In this document: in pieces, positions 17,368 to 20,000 of the stretch
How the letters are laid out: each line of letters begins with the position of its first letter
Numbering within the stretch: the stretch's first letter is position 1
Virus record (IMG/VR): IMGVR_UViG_3300029258_004075
Direction: 5' to 3' (one strand)
Source of the DNA: an uncultured virus (IMG/VR IMGVR_UViG_3300029258_004075)
Taxonomy: Duplodnaviria; Heunggongvirae; Uroviricota; Caudoviricetes
DNA: 20,000 nt
Program-made: the position numbers and the translations under genes
The notes under the pieces: model-generated
Seen by the model: only the letters and a program-made list of their open reading frames with translations
What the model was told of the DNA's origin: nothing
The model's database searches: none

Positions 17368-18228
17368 ATGAAATTTCCAGATTATTGGGGAATAAAGAAA
17401 AACAAAATATCATTTAATTTAGATACAGACAGAGATGGAGTAAAAGATAAATTTGACTGTCAACCTTTTAATTTCTGGAAGCAAGATTCACTTTCTTATG
17501 AAAAATTCTTACAACAACTTGAACAAAACAAGAAAAATAAACACTTCATAGAAATTATAGGTGAATACGGTATATATAAAATGAAAGGACCAGACGGAAA
17601 GCAATATTACTATGCAATGAATTTAAATACAGGTTTAACAATTTTAAACAATTATTCATCTTTACAAGAAATTATAAATGAAGTTAAAAAAGGAACACCA
17701 CAACAGCTTATACAGCAAGGCATGGCTCCTGGCGACACAAGAACTGTATTTCAAGATATGCAAAGGATAGAAAAATACAGAACAAAATATGGTGATAAAG
17801 CTTTCAGATTTCAGAGACAGCCAGGACAAGTAGTACTTGACATTGGTGCTGGTTCACATCCAGACGTAAGAGCAACACATGCAATTGATAAAGCAAAACC
17901 ATATATTAATTTTCCAGATATTAATTACACATATGGACATGATTTAAGTAATCCTTCAATTACACTTCCTTATCCTAATAACAGTTTTCATGTTGTTGTT
18001 AGCTATGGTGCAATTGGAAGAAATTTTGAAACACCACAATTATATAAAGAAATCTATCGAATATTAACACCAAGTGGATATTATGAGACAAATGGGTGGT
18101 GGAATAAGCAAGGATATCAACGAGGAATTCAATGGATACAACAAGCAGGGTTTAGAAATATTCAACAATCATCTTATTATGATGAGCAATTAGGAGAAGA
18201 AATACCTATTTGGAGGTCTTTTAAGTGA
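17368..18228 (+). CDS. D-rich-tagged protein with a middle domain and a C-terminal class I SAM-dependent methyltransferase domain
   Basis: Start MKFPDYWG matches 18758. Tag at 17422-17487. Methyltransferase motifs VLDIGAG, LPYPNNSFHVVVS and EIYRILTPSG. Confidence 0.85.
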   Translation: MKFPDYWGIKKNKISFNLDTDRDGVKDKFDCQPFNFWKQDSLSYEKFLQQLEQNKKNKHFIEIIGEYGIYKMKGPDGKQYYYAMNLNTGLTILNNYSSLQEIINEVKKGTPQQLIQQGMAPGDTRTVFQDMQRIEKYRTKYGDKAFRFQRQPGQVVLDIGAGSHPDVRATHAIDKAKPYINFPDINYTYGHDLSNPSITLPYPNNSFHVVVSYGAIGRNFETPQLYKEIYRILTPSGYYETNGWWNKQGYQRGIQWIQQAGFRNIQQSSYYDEQLGEEIPIWRSFK

Positions 18229-18740
18229 AATACATCAATCCATTTAAACCATTAAAAATAAGGCGTATACATTTCAATTTAGACACTGATAGAGATGGTA
18301 TTAGTGATAGAATTGATTGTCAACCATTCAACCCTTTGAGACAAGATAAAAGAGTTCTTGATATAGGAGCAGGTTCAAGTCCAAATAAGTATGCGACACA
18401 TGCAATAGACCTCAGAGAACCAGAAAAGAACTTTCCAAACATTGACTATAAATGGGGATATGATTTTAACAAAGAAACAACAAATTTACCATACCCATCA
18501 AACTATTTCGATATGGTTATAAGTACAGGAGGACTTGCAAGAAACTTTGAATCAAAAAATGTTTTTAAAGAGATACTTCGAGTTCTTGTTCCTGGTGGTG
18601 TTTTAAAATTTAATGGAGATGTTATTTTTAAACAAGCAAAAATTAGTCTTGAGAAATTTGGTTTTAGAAATGTGAAAGAAGAAGATATTTATGAACCTTA
18701 TTTAAACGAGTATGTTACATATATTGTTGCTTATAAATAG
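18225..18740 (+). CDS. D-rich-tagged class I SAM-dependent methyltransferase (Methyltransf_11-like)
   Basis: GTGA overlap. Tag at 18282-18347. Motifs VLDIGAG, LPYPSNYFDMVIS and EILRVLVPGG. Confidence 0.88.
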   Translation: MKYINPFKPLKIRRIHFNLDTDRDGISDRIDCQPFNPLRQDKRVLDIGAGSSPNKYATHAIDLREPEKNFPNIDYKWGYDFNKETTNLPYPSNYFDMVISTGGLARNFESKNVFKEILRVLVPGGVLKFNGDVIFKQAKISLEKFGFRNVKEEDIYEPYLNEYVTYIVAYK

Positions 18741-18757
18741 AAAGAGGAGATAATAAT

Positions 18758-19438
18758 ATGAAATTTCCAGATTATTGGGGAGTAGGAAAAAGCAGAATGC
18801 ATTTCAATTTAGACGCTGATAAAGATGGTATACCTGACTTTGTAGACTGTCAACCATTTAACAGGAAGAAAAAAGGACACATAGATTTTGAGACATTAAA
18901 CTCTGTATATAGACTTATTTATGCTACACCACAAGAGTTTCCTAATATGCCTCCAAATTCTGAGCCTGAATGGGTTTTACAAAAACTACAAGGAAGGTCA
19001 CAAAGAATAAGAACAGGAACTGTTGCAGTTGCACCCAGAACAAGCGTTCCTGTCATACATAACGATATCTTATTCGTAAATCAATTTCACACATCAAAAC
19101 TTCTTAACCCAGAACGCGTACAAGCATTTATAGATGCAAATCAAAGAAGACCACCGCAAGTTCAACCTCAATACAGAACTGAAATAGCAGGAAGAGGCAG
19201 AAATCAACAGAATGCACAAATGATGAAATCATTTACAGGAGCACCATTAACATACGAGTATACTACAACAGCATATGACGTTGGTGGACATCCAATAGGA
19301 AATGTTAGAGTAGGAAGAGATGCTAATGGTCGTCTTTGTATAGAAGATGGAGCGTTTATACAAGGGCAAGAAATCAATGGTGAGATAATATACTTCTATC
19401 AAACACATAACGGAGTAATTGGAATAAAACAAAAATAG
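18758..19438 (+). CDS. D-rich-tagged hypothetical protein
   Basis: GAGGAG SD. Begins MKFPDYWG...HFNLDADKDGIPDFVDCQPFN; the remainder is unrecognised. Confidence 0.85.
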   Translation: MKFPDYWGVGKSRMHFNLDADKDGIPDFVDCQPFNRKKKGHIDFETLNSVYRLIYATPQEFPNMPPNSEPEWVLQKLQGRSQRIRTGTVAVAPRTSVPVIHNDILFVNQFHTSKLLNPERVQAFIDANQRRPPQVQPQYRTEIAGRGRNQQNAQMMKSFTGAPLTYEYTTTAYDVGGHPIGNVRVGRDANGRLCIEDGAFIQGQEINGEIIYFYQTHNGVIGIKQK

Positions 19439-19453
19439 AAAGAGGATAAAAGA

Positions 19454-19672
19454 ATGAGAAAAAGTGACGATGTTCATATAAAAAGCATAAAAGTTAATGG
19501 AAAAAGGTACTGGTCTAACTGGCGCTCGACTTTTATAAGCGATAATAAGAGACAAGCAAAAGAAGCAGCTTATAAATGGGCAGAAATGAAGCGTAAACAA
19601 GGTAAAAAAGCATTTGTGAGAAAAATAGAAGACGGAAGTGGATACAGAGTTTATAGAAAATTAAAAGTGTAA
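19454..19672 (+). CDS. Small highly basic protein, putative nucleic-acid binding
   Basis: GAGGA SD; NGKRY...NKRQAKEAA...RKQGKKAFVRK...YRVYRK. Confidence 0.75.
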   Translation: MRKSDDVHIKSIKVNGKRYWSNWRSTFISDNKRQAKEAAYKWAEMKRKQGKKAFVRKIEDGSGYRVYRKLKV

Positions 19673-19714
19673 ATTTGATGTTTATTAAAAGATTCTTGAA
19701 AAAATTGGTGAAAA

Positions 19715-20000
19715 ATGAAAAAGGAAACATTCTTCTTTGAAGGAGACCCGGAATTGGGAATTGAAAGAGGCAGATACAAAGCGACTCCAACAAAGTCTGG
19801 CATAGCATCATTAGTAAAAAACCTAACCAATGGAAAACAAGTTAAAGATGCAGCTAGAGTTGCAGATGATATTGAAGGAAGATATTCTGGTGGTTTTCCA
19901 GCATATGTTGAAATATGGAAAGGAAAATTTATAGGACCAAAAGTCTTTGTTATAAAAGGTTGTTATGATGAAGATACCGAAGCAGTTTTTGATAGTGACT
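19715..20000 (+). CDS. Hypothetical protein, truncated by the window end
   Basis: GGTGA SD. Translation MKKETFFFEGDPELGIERGRYKATPTKSG... is open for 95 codons to the edge. Confidence 0.75.
   Translation, partial: MKKETFFFEGDPELGIERGRYKATPTKSGIASLVKNLTNGKQVKDAARVADDIEGRYSGGFPAYVEIWKGKFIGPKVFVIKGCYDEDTEAVFDSD

Larger units (their letters stand above)
17363..18781 (+). repeat. 29-bp exact direct repeat covering two start regions (17363-17391 and 18753-18781)
   Basis: ATAATATGAAATTTCCAGATTATTGGGGA occurs twice. Confidence 0.9.

Noticed and set aside
16814..17709. Heptapeptide KGTPQQL shared by the 16631 and 17368 proteins
   Set aside because: The match does not extend on either side and cannot be distinguished from chance.
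17820..18740. Methyltransferases as restriction-modification DNA methylases
   Set aside because: They lack DNA-methyltransferase catalytic motifs and target-recognition domains.
100..19811. Minus-strand and nested alternative-frame ORFs in the track (e.g. 4122-4556, 15460-16002, 16197-16544, 19247-19600)
   Set aside because: All are shadows of better-supported + strand genes and have no motifs or SD support.

Overview
AT-rich, gene-dense window with essentially all credible genes on the + strand. It has archaeal-style signals (TTTATATA box, GGAGGTG Shine-Dalgarno) and very many N-x-S/T sequons. It looks like the structural region of an archaeal virus or provirus, probably spindle-shaped or enveloped; a Thermoplasmatota host is an inference. 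No replication, integrase, terminase or portal gene is visible. There are three blocks. (1) 1-2460: small membrane proteins and an 85-aa two-helix hydrophobic hairpin resembling spindle-virus major coat proteins. (2) 2469-13782: an ~11-kb cassette of secreted proteins: an FG-GAP propeller/FN3 adhesin, an FN3 protein, a TasA/WxL-like fibre subunit, a DUF916-like assembly protein, two dockerin-like and two cohesin-like proteins, and a five-blade GH-like propeller. This cassette sits between the two halves of a split coat-protein paralogue: helix 1 is in 2144-2458 and helix 2 is at the end of 11497-13782. Together these suggest a cohesin-dockerin-linked pilus-like appendage anchored in the coat. 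(3) 13835-20000: signal-peptide-less proteins. Four share an N-terminal DxDxDGxxDxxDCxPFN tag (two of them SAM methyltransferases), and there are several small basic proteins. Two genes appear to start at ATA. All family assignments are by eye, without database searches.
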